DNA from: an uncultured Haloferula sp.
GTDB lineage: Bacteria; Verrucomicrobiota; Verrucomicrobiia; Verrucomicrobiales; Akkermansiaceae
NCBI GenBank assembly: GCA_965652295.1
Contig: CBFGTS010000016.1
Span: 40,257 to 104,256, forward strand
Direction of reading: 5' to 3'
Length of the DNA stretch: 64,000 nt
This document shows, one piece after another, positions 41,342-51,708 of this stretch. The position numbers and the translations under genes were made by a program. Under the pieces are notes generated by a model, which was not told where the DNA came from, ran no database searches, and saw only the letters and a program-made list of their open reading frames with translations. Positions within the stretch are counted from its first letter, which is position 1. Each line of letters starts with the position of its first letter.

Positions 41342-41488
41342 GCGGAAACGCTCGGATGGCATCCGCCGATGTCGAGCGAATTCCGGCCGGAACGCGAAAT
41401 TGCGTGGAGCGCCGAATATGAATTCGGCACCGCCTTCGACGAAAGCGCCGGCTTGTCCAAGCCAGCCGGCTGAGCAAGAAACAGGCAC

Positions 41489-42139
41489 ATGGAACCCCTG
41501 CAGACCGCCGCCGCCTACGATCGGATCGCCGCTTGGTGGCGGGACCAGCATGCCACGTCCGTTTATGGACTCGCCGCGCTCCGTCGCGTGCTGGTGCTAT
41601 CGCCGAAGACGGGACGGGCGATCGATATCGGATGTGGCAGCGAGGGACGCTTCATCCGTGCCTTCCGGGAGGCGGGCTTCGAGGCTTCGGGCATCGACGC
41701 CTCGGCGGAAATGATCCGCTTGATCGAGGAACGTCATCCGTGGGCGGAGTTCGAGACGGTCGATGTCTGTGATTGGCAACCGCGTGGAACCTACGAACTG
41801 ATCACTGCGTGGGACTCCACCTTTCACCTGCCGCTGGACCAGCAGGAACCGGTGCTGGCCACGCTCTGCCAAGCGCTGGCACCGGAGGGCGTGCTGCTTT
41901 TCACCTGCGGTGCCGCGGCCGAAGCGGGTGAGGTGAGCGGTTCTTTCGCCGGCGAGGAGTTCGAATACAGCACCTTGGGCATCCCCCGTTACCTAGAACT
42001 TCTGCATGCCCACGGTTGCCTGGTCGTGCATGTCGAGCTGGACCAATACCCCGAAACCCATACAGTCATCATCGCCCGTAAACTTCCGGGAACAGGCTGT
42101 CGGGCTCCTGCCTTGTGCCAATCTGGATCATTGGCATGA
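41489..42139 (+). CDS. Class I SAM-dependent methyltransferase
   Basis: IDIGCGSEG, GIDAS.EMI, WDSTFHLP, L.PEGVLLFT. Confidence 0.88.
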   Translation: MEPLQTAAAYDRIAAWWRDQHATSVYGLAALRRVLVLSPKTGRAIDIGCGSEGRFIRAFREAGFEASGIDASAEMIRLIEERHPWAEFETVDVCDWQPRGTYELITAWDSTFHLPLDQQEPVLATLCQALAPEGVLLFTCGAAAEAGEVSGSFAGEEFEYSTLGIPRYLELLHAHGCLVVHVELDQYPETHTVIIARKLPGTGCRAPALCQSGSLA

Positions 42140-42179
42140 TCAGAACCAGCAACCAAGAATCGGCGTCCCTACCTATTAG

Positions 42180-42608
42180 ATGATTGGCGATATCGTGATA
42201 GTCCAATTCTCGCTACTGGCATGCTCGCAGTGCGCCTACGACCGAGTCATGTCGACATGGTATGTGTTCGCAGCGATTCGAGTAGGAGTGGTTCTTGTGG
42301 TCGCCAAAGATCGCTTGGACTTGGTGCGGATACTGGGACTGTTCGCGCTATTCGAGGCCGCGTACTTTCTCGCATGGCGGTTTCTGGTCTGGTATTCGCA
42401 CCCGTCGGTTTCTGGCGGAACGGTTGAGAAGATTGCGTCGGCGGGGCTTTTGGTCCTCTCGGCGGGTGTCCCGGCGGTAGCGGTTTTGTGGTGTGCCGCT
42501 CAAGTCCCCTATTTTCGGAAGTCGGAAGTGAATCGGCTGAGTCTCAAGAGAGCGTTGTTGTTGATTCCCTCACTCTTCGTCGTTTCCTTGCTTCAACCCG
42601 CAGTGTGA
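42180..42608 (+). CDS. Hypothetical membrane protein (lower GC)
   Basis: 142 aa with about 4 hydrophobic segments; the first 60 nt are ~53% GC, visibly lower than the flanks. Confidence 0.45.
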   Translation: MIGDIVIVQFSLLACSQCAYDRVMSTWYVFAAIRVGVVLVVAKDRLDLVRILGLFALFEAAYFLAWRFLVWYSHPSVSGGTVEKIASAGLLVLSAGVPAVAVLWCAAQVPYFRKSEVNRLSLKRALLLIPSLFVVSLLQPAV

Positions 42609-42664
42609 AAACAACAAGCGGAAGGTGGAGTAGCTCAACTGCTTGAGCCGCTCCCCGTGCGAAA

Positions 42665-44110
42665 TCACCCAACGAACAACCCGCGATCCGCCAGGTGGCG
42701 GATCCAGGGGCGGAAGTCGAGGTCCGGTGCTTCGGTGCGGGCGAAGGCTTCCAGCTCGTCGAGGGTGCGCGATCCATCGAGCGCGGCGACCACGGACTGG
42801 TGGTTCTCCGGGAAATGGCAGGTGCGGTGGAAGGCATCGACGATCGGCTGGTGCCGGCGTGCGAAGTGGAGATTGAGCGGCGAAAGACGGGGCTTCGCGG
42901 GGGTGCCGGCGATGGTGATGGAATCGGTCCGCAGCTCGATCCAGCCGAGGCGGGCGGCCTGGAAGACCCACTTCGAGATCGCCTGTCCGCAGGTCGCGGG
43001 GTCCCAGCGCGGGCCGAGGCGGACGGCGCATTCTTCCATCAACGTGGTCAGCGGTCGGGCCGAGGGCGCGGAGGCGACCAAGGCGGCGTGAAGCAGGCCG
43101 ATGAGTTCGCCGTGCACGGCTTCCGCGGGCAGCTTGGGCACGGTGAGCCGGGCTTCGAAATGCAGCACGACCGACTGGGTTGTGGCGGGGTCGAGCGGCG
43201 CGCCGGCGGGGGAAAACAGGCTGACGCGGTGCGAGCGGCCGGACAGCAGGTCGAGCGTCTGTTGGAGAAGCACGGGATCGTTTTCCAACGGTTTCAAGCG
43301 CGCCAACGCGTCGGCAGGCAGGTGGGGAGGGAGGTTGTCGGTGAGGCTGGCCTCGCCGAGGTAGCGGAGGTTTTTCCGACCGGTCCAGGCGAGCACCTGG
43401 CCGAAATGAAAAGCTTCGCAGTGAGGGGCGAGTTCGTCGAAAGGCAGAATGGCGGGGCCCTTGCGGCGCATGTCGCGGTAGATCGCGGAGAGGTGGCGGG
43501 TGTAGGGGGAGTCGCCGAGGGCGGCGGTGGTTTCGAGGGACTCCAGCAGGGAATCGAGACCCTTGCCTTCGGGATCGAGCGCTCCGAGGACGGGCAGCAT
43601 TGTCGCGGCCTCGCGTCGCAGGGCCCAGCCGGGCAGCGTGTTGTAGCTGATGCTGGCGATGCCCGATTCGGCAAGGGTCCGGGCGATCAGATCCAGCAGC
43701 GCGGCCTTTGCCTCATCGCCGATCCACGACAGCATGCCGTGGGCAATGACATAATCGAAGGGTCCGGCCGGCGGTTCCCAGGCAGTGAGATCGGCGTGCT
43801 CGAAGGTGATGTTTTTCAGCCCTGCCTCGGTGGCGGCCTGCCGCGCGGAGCGGATGGCGGAATCGGAGAAATCGATGCCGTGGAAGGTTCCCTCGGGAAA
43901 GCGTTCGGCCAGGGGCAGCAGGTTGTGCCCGGATGCGCAGCCGATTTCCAGAACGCGGGCCTGATCGGTGAGTGCCGGTGAAATGAGGCCGCAGCAGCGG
44001 GCGGCGGCTCCCAGCGTGCCGGGGTGGGTCTCCGGGTGGGAGAGCGCGGGGTAGCGGTGCTGTGAGTAAAGCTCGCGGACGGCGTCGGGCATGGGCGGAG
44101 CGTTGAGCAT
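42665..44110 (-). CDS. Class I SAM methyltransferase with methyltransferase-regulatory domain
   Basis: YP...HP.THP..L, RVLEIGCASG.NL, FDYVIAHG.LSWI, SYNTLPGW, YLGEA, LDGSRT. Confidence 0.85.
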   Translation of the reverse strand: MLNAPPMPDAVRELYSQHRYPALSHPETHPGTLGAAARCCGLISPALTDQARVLEIGCASGHNLLPLAERFPEGTFHGIDFSDSAIRSARQAATEAGLKNITFEHADLTAWEPPAGPFDYVIAHGMLSWIGDEAKAALLDLIARTLAESGIASISYNTLPGWALRREAATMLPVLGALDPEGKGLDSLLESLETTAALGDSPYTRHLSAIYRDMRRKGPAILPFDELAPHCEAFHFGQVLAWTGRKNLRYLGEASLTDNLPPHLPADALARLKPLENDPVLLQQTLDLLSGRSHRVSLFSPAGAPLDPATTQSVVLHFEARLTVPKLPAEAVHGELIGLLHAALVASAPSARPLTTLMEECAVRLGPRWDPATCGQAISKWVFQAARLGWIELRTDSITIAGTPAKPRLSPLNLHFARRHQPIVDAFHRTCHFPENHQSVVAALDGSRTLDELEAFARTEAPDLDFRPWIRHLADRGLFVG

Positions 44111-44160
44111 CCGGCGCTGCGGTCAAGGCTCGTTGCGGGCGGAGGGATTCCGAGGTTTCC

Positions 44161-45786
44161 ATGGTTAGCAGATTGGCGGCTGAGATTCTGACGGCTAGTC
44201 TTGTAGAGTCGCCCGTCGTTTTGATCCAAAACCCGATACTTCCCGGCTTTCATCCCGACCCCTCGATCGTGAGGGTGGGGGACGATTTCTATCTGGCGAA
44301 CTCCACTTTCGAATGGTTTCCGGGCGTACCGATCCATCATTCGCGGGATTTGAAACACTGGCGGCTGATTGGCCACGCCCTCACCCGTCCTTCGCAGCTC
44401 GATTTGCGCGGCGTGCCGGACTCCGGTGGCGTCTGGGCACCCTCGATGAGCCATGCGGACGGGAAATTCTGGCTTGTCTCCACCAACCTACGGAACACCG
44501 GGATGGGTCGTCCGTTCAAGGACATCAAAATCCATCTCACCACTGCCGAGCGCGCCGAGGGGCCGTGGAGCGATCCGGTGGAGCTGGACTCGATCGGTTT
44601 CGATCCCTCGCTTTTCCACGATGACGATGGCCGAAAGTGGCTGGTGAACATGGAGTGGGACTTCCGCAAGGGCCGCTACCGTTTCGCCGGGATCGTGATT
44701 CAGGAGTTCGACCCGCAGGCCGGCAGGCTCGTCGGCGAGCGGCGGAAGATCCTTCACAAGGAGAACATCCTGACCGAGGGACCGAACCTGTACAAGCACG
44801 ACGGCTGGTATTATCTGATGCTCGCCGAGGGCGGCACGGGCTGGAACCACGGGATTTCGATGGCGCGTAGCCGCGAATTGCACGGGCCGTATGAGCTGGA
44901 CCCGCAGGCATCGGTCATCACGACGCGCGATGATTACGGGCATCCGCTTCAGAAATCAGGACATGGCGAACTCGTGCAAACGGCGGCTGGCGAGTGGTTT
45001 CTGGCTCATCTGGCGAGCCGTCCGGTCGGCTTCGACCGGCGCTGCACGCTGGGCCGCGAGACCTGCCTGCAGCGGGTGGAGTGGCAGGACGGCTGGCTTC
45101 GGCTGGAAGGGGGCGGGCACTCGCCTGCGGTGGAGGTCCGCGAGCCGGCCGACCTCGCGGAGCAGCCGTGGCCGGAGGTTCCTGAGCGGGACGATTTCGA
45201 CAACGAAGTACTGGATTTCTCGTGGCAATCGCTGCGGGTGCCGGTGGATGCGGGCTGGGTGGACCTTGCCTCGCGCCCCGGCTGGCTGCGGCTGCGCGGG
45301 CGCGAGTCGGTGCACTCGCATTTCGACCAGAGCCTGTTGGCGAAACGGCTGACGACCCATCGGGCGGTGGCCACCACGCTGCTTGAATTCGAGCCGGAGC
45401 ACTACATGCAGATGGCGGGGCTGGTGTGCTGGTACAACTCGGCGAACCACTACTACCTGCGCGTCACCCACGAGGAAGGCCGCGGCAAGGTGGTGGGAGT
45501 GACGCTCACCGACAAGGGAGCCTACGACGAGCTGGACGGAATCCCGATCGGCGGCTGGGACCGGGTTTTCCTGCGGGCGGAGATCGAGCGCGACACGCTG
45601 CGGTTTTCCGTCTCTTCTGATGGGACGGACTGGCTGGCGGCGGGCCCTGCATTCGATTTCACGAAACTTTCCGACGACTACGCCGCGGGCTTCACGGGGA
45701 CCATGATCGGCATCGCCGCGCAGGACCTGGCGGACCGCGACAAGACCGCCGACTTTGACTTCTTCGAGCTCCAACGATTTCCATGA
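44161..45786 (+). CDS. GH43 beta-xylosidase/arabinofuranosidase with C-terminal ConA-like domain (start may be TTG 44221)
   Basis: NPILPGFHPDPSI, STFEWFPG, GGVWAP, GFDPSLF, TEGP.LY, GHG, LGRET, FTG.MIG. Confidence 0.93.
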   Translation: MVSRLAAEILTASLVESPVVLIQNPILPGFHPDPSIVRVGDDFYLANSTFEWFPGVPIHHSRDLKHWRLIGHALTRPSQLDLRGVPDSGGVWAPSMSHADGKFWLVSTNLRNTGMGRPFKDIKIHLTTAERAEGPWSDPVELDSIGFDPSLFHDDDGRKWLVNMEWDFRKGRYRFAGIVIQEFDPQAGRLVGERRKILHKENILTEGPNLYKHDGWYYLMLAEGGTGWNHGISMARSRELHGPYELDPQASVITTRDDYGHPLQKSGHGELVQTAAGEWFLAHLASRPVGFDRRCTLGRETCLQRVEWQDGWLRLEGGGHSPAVEVREPADLAEQPWPEVPERDDFDNEVLDFSWQSLRVPVDAGWVDLASRPGWLRLRGRESVHSHFDQSLLAKRLTTHRAVATTLLEFEPEHYMQMAGLVCWYNSANHYYLRVTHEEGRGKVVGVTLTDKGAYDELDGIPIGGWDRVFLRAEIERDTLRFSVSSDGTDWLAAGPAFDFTKLSDDYAAGFTGTMIGIAAQDLADRDKTADFDFFELQRFP

Positions 45787-47582
45787 TCACCCGCTACGAC
45801 TACATCAACATCGCCTTCTACTTCCTTTTCATCGCGGGGGTGGGGATCTACTTCATGTGGCGTAGCAAGAACACGTCTGACTACTTCCGGGCCGGCGGGT
45901 TGCTGCCATGGTGGGTGACGGGGGCCTCGACATGGATGGCGTCGTTCAGTGCGTGGACCTTCACCGGGGCGGCGGCGAAAATGTACCAGAGCGGGCCGTA
46001 TGCCTTCGGGCTGTATTACGCGGTATTGATCCCTTGGGCGGTGCTGCTGTTCTTCACCTGCTTCCGTTTCCGGCGCATGCAGGTGGTGACGCCGTTGGAA
46101 GCGGTTCGTCTGCGCTTCGGGCAGACCTCGCAGGTCTTTTTCACCTGGGCGCGGCTGCCGTTCATGCTGATCTTCGGGGGAATCTCGCTGAATGCGATCG
46201 CGGTGTTCATGGCGGCGGTGTTCGGGATGGATGTCCAGGTGGTGATGGTGGGCATGGGAATCATCGTCACGGCGCTCGCGCTGCTGGGCGGGTCCTTCGG
46301 CGTGGCGGCGAGCGATTTCGTGCAGATGTTCCTGATCGTGCTGGTGACGGTGGTGGTCACCGTGCTGGCGCTGAAGTTGCCGGGGATCGGCGGGATCAGC
46401 GGAATGATCGAGCAGGCTCCGAGCGCGCACTACAACTGGAGCGAGATCGCGCGACCGGAGTTCATCATCCTGTGGTTCGTGGCGCTGAACATCACCAAGC
46501 TTTTCGAGGAGAACGCGATCGACAAGTCGGCCAAGTTCCTGATGGCGCGCGACGACCGCAACGCGCGGATGACGCTGATCATTCCGGTGCTCGGAGCGAT
46601 TCTCGGACCGGCGTTGTGGCTCATCCCGCCGACGGTGGCGGCGATCAACCACCCGGACATGGGCTCGCTCTACCCGACGCTGAAAGTGCCCGAGGAGGCG
46701 GCGTTTTTGCAAACCGCGGCGGACGTGCTGCCGCAGGGGATGTTGGGGCTGCTGGTGTGTGGGATTTTTGCGGCCACGCTGACCTCGATGGATGCCGGGC
46801 TGAATCAGGGTGCGGGGATTTTTGTCCGGAACTTCTACCTCCCGATCATGAACCCGGACTGCCCGGAAAAGAGGCTTCTTTTGATCAGCAAGGTCGCCAC
46901 CGGCGTCTGCGGGCTGGTAATGCTGGGCTTTGGTCTGATGTGGGAGAACATGCGGCAGTCGAACCTGTTCGACCTCGTCAACCAGGTGGCGATCAGCCTC
47001 GGGATTCCGATTTCGATCCCGCTGTTCCTCGGCTTGTTTTATCGGAAAACCCCGCCCTGGGCGGCGTGGAGCACGGTGCTTGTCGGCCTCGCGGTTTCGC
47101 TGGCCCTCAACACGCTGCTCAAGGATGCCCAGGGTGATGCGAGCCTCGCCCGCGTTGCCTGGATTCCGGGACTGGAAGGGGACATCAAGTCGGAGGAGAT
47201 GACGCAGTTCACGCTCTTCGCTACGGTGTTCATGGTAGGCGGAATCTCGATCGCCTGGTTCTTCCTGACCTCCGTTTTCTACAAAAACAGCCCGGAGGCG
47301 TACAAGCGGAACGTGGACGAGTTCTTCACGCGCCTGAAGACGCCGGTGGAGGCGAAGACCGGCGAGGAAGCGCGCGAGGACCAGGCCGTGGCCGGATCGA
47401 TCGGCAAGCTGCTGCTGATCTACGGTGCCTTCGTCGCGTCGCTGGTGTGGATTCCCAATCCCATGAGCGGCCGGCTCTGCTTCCTCGGTGTGGGAGGCTT
47501 CATGGTGGTGGTGGGCGTGTTCCTCTGGCGGTCGCATCGCACCCAGCGGCCGCCGCTGCTGTCGGGACGCGAAACGGAATGA
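45783..47582 (+). CDS. Sodium:solute symporter (SSS)
   Basis: SDYFRAGG.LPWW..G.S.W...FSAWTF.G.A, RFG, GIFAAT.TS.D; many TM segments. Confidence 0.9.
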   Translation: MITRYDYINIAFYFLFIAGVGIYFMWRSKNTSDYFRAGGLLPWWVTGASTWMASFSAWTFTGAAAKMYQSGPYAFGLYYAVLIPWAVLLFFTCFRFRRMQVVTPLEAVRLRFGQTSQVFFTWARLPFMLIFGGISLNAIAVFMAAVFGMDVQVVMVGMGIIVTALALLGGSFGVAASDFVQMFLIVLVTVVVTVLALKLPGIGGISGMIEQAPSAHYNWSEIARPEFIILWFVALNITKLFEENAIDKSAKFLMARDDRNARMTLIIPVLGAILGPALWLIPPTVAAINHPDMGSLYPTLKVPEEAAFLQTAADVLPQGMLGLLVCGIFAATLTSMDAGLNQGAGIFVRNFYLPIMNPDCPEKRLLLISKVATGVCGLVMLGFGLMWENMRQSNLFDLVNQVAISLGIPISIPLFLGLFYRKTPPWAAWSTVLVGLAVSLALNTLLKDAQGDASLARVAWIPGLEGDIKSEEMTQFTLFATVFMVGGISIAWFFLTSVFYKNSPEAYKRNVDEFFTRLKTPVEAKTGEEAREDQAVAGSIGKLLLIYGAFVASLVWIPNPMSGRLCFLGVGGFMVVVGVFLWRSHRTQRPPLLSGRETE

Positions 47583-47590
47583 TGACGACG

Positions 47591-49003
47591 ATGAGAACTT
47601 ATATCCTGAAGACAATCCTGGCTTTCAGCTGGGTCGGCCTCGCTGCGGCGCAGGGCGTCGTGGAGGTGGACAGCCTTGCGGGGTTGGCCGAGGCGGCAGC
47701 GGGCAATGGCCGCGAGATCCGCATGAAACCCGGAGTCTACCGGATGGCGGATTATCTCACGGATGAGGTGCTGAAGGAGATCGGCGATTACGTCGATCGT
47801 TCCCAGTCGCGTCCGCCGGTGCCGATGTTCCTTTTCAGGGGAAACGACAACCGCATCGACTTGCGCGACGTCATCATCGAGATCGACACCACGCTCTACG
47901 CAAAAGTCCCGCAGGGTGGCTACACGCGCTGCCTGATCATCGAGGGCAAGGGCAATTTCCTGCATGGCCTGACGATCCGCAACACCGGCCCGAACACCGG
48001 CAGCAGCGGCAATATTCTCTCGGTGCAGGGTGACGACAACACGCTGGAGAACGTGCAGCTCCACGTGCATGGATCGTTCCCGTGGGGATACGGCGACCTG
48101 CTCGGGAAGGGCGGGCCGAACCTCCTCCATCTGGAAAAGCAGAGCGGTATCCAAGTGATCGGCAGCCGCACGTTGCTCAAGCGTTGCCGGGTATTCAGCC
48201 GCGCCTTCGGGCACTGCTTCTACATCCAGGGGGGCGAGGGCAGCAGGTTGGAGGACTGTTATGCGGAGGGCTCGGTGAGGAGCACCACCGACATGCTCAA
48301 GGACACCTCCGGCCCGGTTCACGACATGGGTTTCCCGTCGGTTTACAAAAACCGTGACGGACGCTTCGTGATCACGCCGGGATACATGAAAAGCCTCTCC
48401 GAGGACGGCTTCCGCACCTATGGCAATGCCGGCAGCGTGACCTTGCTGAATTGCACCGCGATCAACACCCGCGCGGGCTTCGAGATCGGAGTTCGCGATG
48501 ATTCACCGACGAAGACCATCGTCGAGAACTGCGTGGCGCGTGGTTGCGAACGGGCGTTCCTGATCGGCTCACAAACGATTGTCCGGCGGTGCCGTGGCGA
48601 CATCGTTCACGGGCCGTTGCTCTACCTCCGCGGTGGCCATGACTCGGACGTGGAACTCGAACTCATCGGCGATCCGCCGGAAAGCCTGGTGCATCTGCTG
48701 GCGACCATCGCGGGGGAGAATCACAAGGTGAAGTTGGGAGTGCAGCGCGGTTTCGCGGGTTTCCCGCAGCTCCCGATCCTCTTCGGCTTCGGCATGCCGG
48801 CGCACGCTGAAATGGCGAGCGAGCCTGAGCCGGCCCCGGCCAGGAACATCGAGCTGACGAGCACCATCGGCTTCGCTCCGGTGATTGTCAGCGGGCAGGT
48901 CGAAGGCTCGACCATCGAAACCACCGCCCGCGAGGTGAAGGACGAGGACCTGCGCAAGGACCCGGGCCCGTGGGAGCGCCGGCCCGTGGCTCCTTCGAAA
49001 TGA
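47591..49003 (+). CDS. Secreted right-handed beta-helix protein (pectin-lyase-like fold)
   Basis: Signal peptide; repeated short beta/Asn/Cys ladder segments (LENVQLHV, LKRCRV, LEDCYAE, LLNCTA, VENCVA); GHCFYIQG and EDG.R.Y. Confidence 0.65.
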   Translation: MRTYILKTILAFSWVGLAAAQGVVEVDSLAGLAEAAAGNGREIRMKPGVYRMADYLTDEVLKEIGDYVDRSQSRPPVPMFLFRGNDNRIDLRDVIIEIDTTLYAKVPQGGYTRCLIIEGKGNFLHGLTIRNTGPNTGSSGNILSVQGDDNTLENVQLHVHGSFPWGYGDLLGKGGPNLLHLEKQSGIQVIGSRTLLKRCRVFSRAFGHCFYIQGGEGSRLEDCYAEGSVRSTTDMLKDTSGPVHDMGFPSVYKNRDGRFVITPGYMKSLSEDGFRTYGNAGSVTLLNCTAINTRAGFEIGVRDDSPTKTIVENCVARGCERAFLIGSQTIVRRCRGDIVHGPLLYLRGGHDSDVELELIGDPPESLVHLLATIAGENHKVKLGVQRGFAGFPQLPILFGFGMPAHAEMASEPEPAPARNIELTSTIGFAPVIVSGQVEGSTIETTAREVKDEDLRKDPGPWERRPVAPSK

Positions 49004-49083
49004 CCTTCGCCGCGGGTGGGCGGATGCTGAGGTGAACATCGGGTTCGGAGGGCGAACTTCATCGCCATCCATGACGGGTTCCT

Positions 49084-49117
49084 CTCCGTGATCTCCGTTT
49101 TCCTCAGTTCCTCCGTG
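49084..49117. repeat. Single-arm copy of the CTCCGTG periodic repeat
   Basis: CTCCGTGATCTCCGTTTTCCTCAGTTCCTCCGTG aligns with 38736-38770. Confidence 0.65.
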
Positions 49118-49160
49118 GTGGGAAAAAGCCGGACCGACCCGCGCGGCCGCAGGATGCGAT

Positions 49161-50210
49161 TCAGCGCCGGTCCGGCAGCGAGGCTCCATCGACCCAGGAG
49201 CCTTCGACGAGGATCTGGCGGAAAATCCGCGGGACGCCCGTCGAGCGGTCATTGATCAGGGAGTTCAGCATCAGGAAGCCGACGCGGCCGATTTCCTCCG
49301 GGTGCTGGTCGATGCCGGAATCTGCGGCACCGTCGAGAATGCTGGTTACGGCGAGGCCGACGTCTTCCGGGACCCGCACGCCGGCCTTGCTCAGAACGGT
49401 GGGCAGGCCGCCCAGGTCGGTGAGGATGGCGTCGACTTTCTCCCGCCGGATCCATTCGGCGATGGCGGTTCCATGGCTGGAGTGGGGCTCGCTGATGGAG
49501 CAGAGCGGAACCTGTTCGGCGGCCGGCAGGGTGTGACGGGCGAAAAGGTAGCCGGCAAGGAAGAGGTGGCCGCGGCGGAGGTTGGCGTCATCGGTGACGA
49601 AGCCGATGCGGCGGTAGCCCCGCTCGCGGATGGAGGCGATGGCGAGCTGGGTGTTGGCGGCCTGGTCGGCGGTCACGAGGTGCGTCCTCGGTTCCTGGAG
49701 CGAGCGGCCGAAGCGGACCACGGAGTAGTCCTCCCAGGGAAATCCGGTCCAATCGGGATGAGGATTTTGCGGCGGCAGCAGCAGCCCGCGAATCCCTCGG
49801 GCCGAAAGGATGCCATGGAGCCTCTGCGGCCGGCAGTCCGGGCCGATCTTGAACTCCTCGAGCCGGTAACCGAATTTCTGGGCGGCCTTGAGCGCGCCTT
49901 TCCAGTAGCAGTCGAACTCTTCGTAGCTCCGCAGTTTCGAGGGTTGTTCCCAGGCGTTGATCCAGCCGATGGAGGCGGCGATCGGCGTGTCCGCGCGGTC
50001 GCGGCGATAGCTTGCCAGGGCGGCCAGCATCGGATCGGGGCGATAGCCGATCCGCCGGGCCTCCTGCTCGACCTTTTCGCGGGTGGCCTCCGAGATCCTC
50101 GGGTGCCCGCGGAGTGCGAGGGAAACCGTGGCATGGCTGACTCCCAGATTGCGGGCGATGTCGCGCAGGCTCACCCGGCGCGAGCCGGAAGATGGAGACT
50201 CGTCAGACAC
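49161..50210 (-). CDS. LacI family transcriptional regulator
   Basis: VSLRDIA..LGVSHATVSLALR..PRIS..TR.KV...A..IGYRP; RGYRRIG; RVPEDV. Confidence 0.93.
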   Translation of the reverse strand: MSDESPSSGSRRVSLRDIARNLGVSHATVSLALRGHPRISEATREKVEQEARRIGYRPDPMLAALASYRRDRADTPIAASIGWINAWEQPSKLRSYEEFDCYWKGALKAAQKFGYRLEEFKIGPDCRPQRLHGILSARGIRGLLLPPQNPHPDWTGFPWEDYSVVRFGRSLQEPRTHLVTADQAANTQLAIASIRERGYRRIGFVTDDANLRRGHLFLAGYLFARHTLPAAEQVPLCSISEPHSSHGTAIAEWIRREKVDAILTDLGGLPTVLSKAGVRVPEDVGLAVTSILDGAADSGIDQHPEEIGRVGFLMLNSLINDRSTGVPRIFRQILVEGSWVDGASLPDRR

Positions 50211-50225
50211 ATCACGGACATATCA

Positions 50226-50324
50226 GTGTCACCGGAGCTGCCAAGAGGGTTTTCGGCGGTTGTGACGTGGGCGTTTCAAATCGCGGGGAAAACGCCCGGG
50301 GAAATGTCAGGTTTCCAGTGACAC
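50226..50324. promoter_or_regulatory. Inverted pair GTGTCACCGGA (50226-50236) / TCCAGTGACAC (50314-50324), candidate regulator sites
   Basis: 10/11 inverted match in the divergent lacI/GH88 intergenic region. Confidence 0.35.
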
Positions 50325-50517
50325 CCAAGGCTGGGTTGCCACCTTGGGGCCGTCCCGTGCATGCTCAACGCGAAGGTTAGGAAACGTATCATAGCTTCCT
50401 GCTTTCTTGGGTTGATGGATGGGTGTCTGGGGTCCGCTCCGGGCGCCCATCCTCTACCGGGGCGCTCCCGAGCCGCCTCTCATGAAAGAAATTTTCCCCT
50501 ACCATTTCCGGCCAATC

Positions 50518-51699
50518 ATGCACTCCACCACCGCTGCCTCCTCTCCTCCCGTCCTTCAGCTGTCCGAAATCAGGAGCGCCTTCGACCTCTGTGCGGTGAA
50601 GGCTCTCGGCAACCTTCCCGCCCTGGCCGACAGCCAAAGAACCTGGGCCTTCGACCTTGAGGGGGACTATCAGAACTGGAACGAGGGTTTCTTCGAGATC
50701 GGCAACTGGACCGCCGGGTTTTTCACCGGCATGGGTCTGCTGGCGTGGATGGATACCAAGGACGACGCCTTCCTCGACGCCGTCTCGGGCATGGACGAGC
50801 TTTTCGAGCGGAAGGTGAACGAGGGCGCGGCCGATACGATGCACGATCTCGGCTTCCTTTACCTGCCCTACGCGGTGGGACGGTATGAGCTGACCGGAGA
50901 CGAGCCCGCCAAGGAACTCGCCTTGAAGGCAGCGGAGGTGCTGGCTGGCCGTTTCATTGAAAAAGGCGGCTACATCCGGGCCTGGGGCCGCATGGATGAA
51001 ACCGGGCCCGCTTACGATTACGACGGGCTGGCGATCATCGACTGCATGATGAACCTGCCGCTGCTCTACTGGGCCTCCCGGGTCACGGGAAACCCGCGCT
51101 TCAAGGAAATGGCGGTCCGCCATAGCGACACCACCCTCAAGAACTTCGTCCGCGACGATGGATCGGTCTATCACTCGTTCCGCTTTGAAGAGGACGGCTC
51201 GCCGAAGGGTCCGGACAACTATTGCGGTCGCGCGGTGGAATCGCACTGGGCCCGTGGTGCGGCATGGGCGATGTATGGCTTCGCGCTCGGCTACAAGCAC
51301 ACCGGCGACGAACGTTATCTCGAAGCCTCCCTCAAGGTCACCAAGCGCTGGATTTCCCTGCTGGATGAGGAAGTCGTGCCGGTCTGGGATTTCTGTCTCG
51401 AGCCGGGCGAACCGCTTTTGCGCGATTCCTCCGCGGCGGCCATCGCGGTCTGCGCGATTCAGGAGCTCGGCCGCCACGGTCAGGCGGACGCGGAGATGCT
51501 TGCCGCCAAGGATGCCCTGCTAGCCCGCCTGTGCTCGGAGGACTACTTCGACGCCCGCCCGGAAATTCGCGGCGTCCTGAAGCAGGGCGAGGTCGGCGAC
51601 GGCGTGGGCAAGGCCCGCAGTGCCTACACGAGCTGGGGCGACTACTATCTCATGGAAGGCCTCGCCGTCGAGCTTGGCCACGAACCGACCTGGTGGTGA
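50518..51699 (+). CDS. GH88 unsaturated glucuronyl hydrolase
   Basis: WTAGFFTG, HDLGF.Y, IIDCMMN, WARGAAW, RDSSAAAI, WGDYY.ME. Confidence 0.92.
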   Translation: MHSTTAASSPPVLQLSEIRSAFDLCAVKALGNLPALADSQRTWAFDLEGDYQNWNEGFFEIGNWTAGFFTGMGLLAWMDTKDDAFLDAVSGMDELFERKVNEGAADTMHDLGFLYLPYAVGRYELTGDEPAKELALKAAEVLAGRFIEKGGYIRAWGRMDETGPAYDYDGLAIIDCMMNLPLLYWASRVTGNPRFKEMAVRHSDTTLKNFVRDDGSVYHSFRFEEDGSPKGPDNYCGRAVESHWARGAAWAMYGFALGYKHTGDERYLEASLKVTKRWISLLDEEVVPVWDFCLEPGEPLLRDSSAAAIAVCAIQELGRHGQADAEMLAAKDALLARLCSEDYFDARPEIRGVLKQGEVGDGVGKARSAYTSWGDYYLMEGLAVELGHEPTWW

Positions 51700-51708
51700 T
51701 CTGAGGCC

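Noticed and set aside
42600..42660. Integron attC site after the low-GC ORF
   Set aside because: Could not identify complementary R''/R' boxes and an L-box hairpin.
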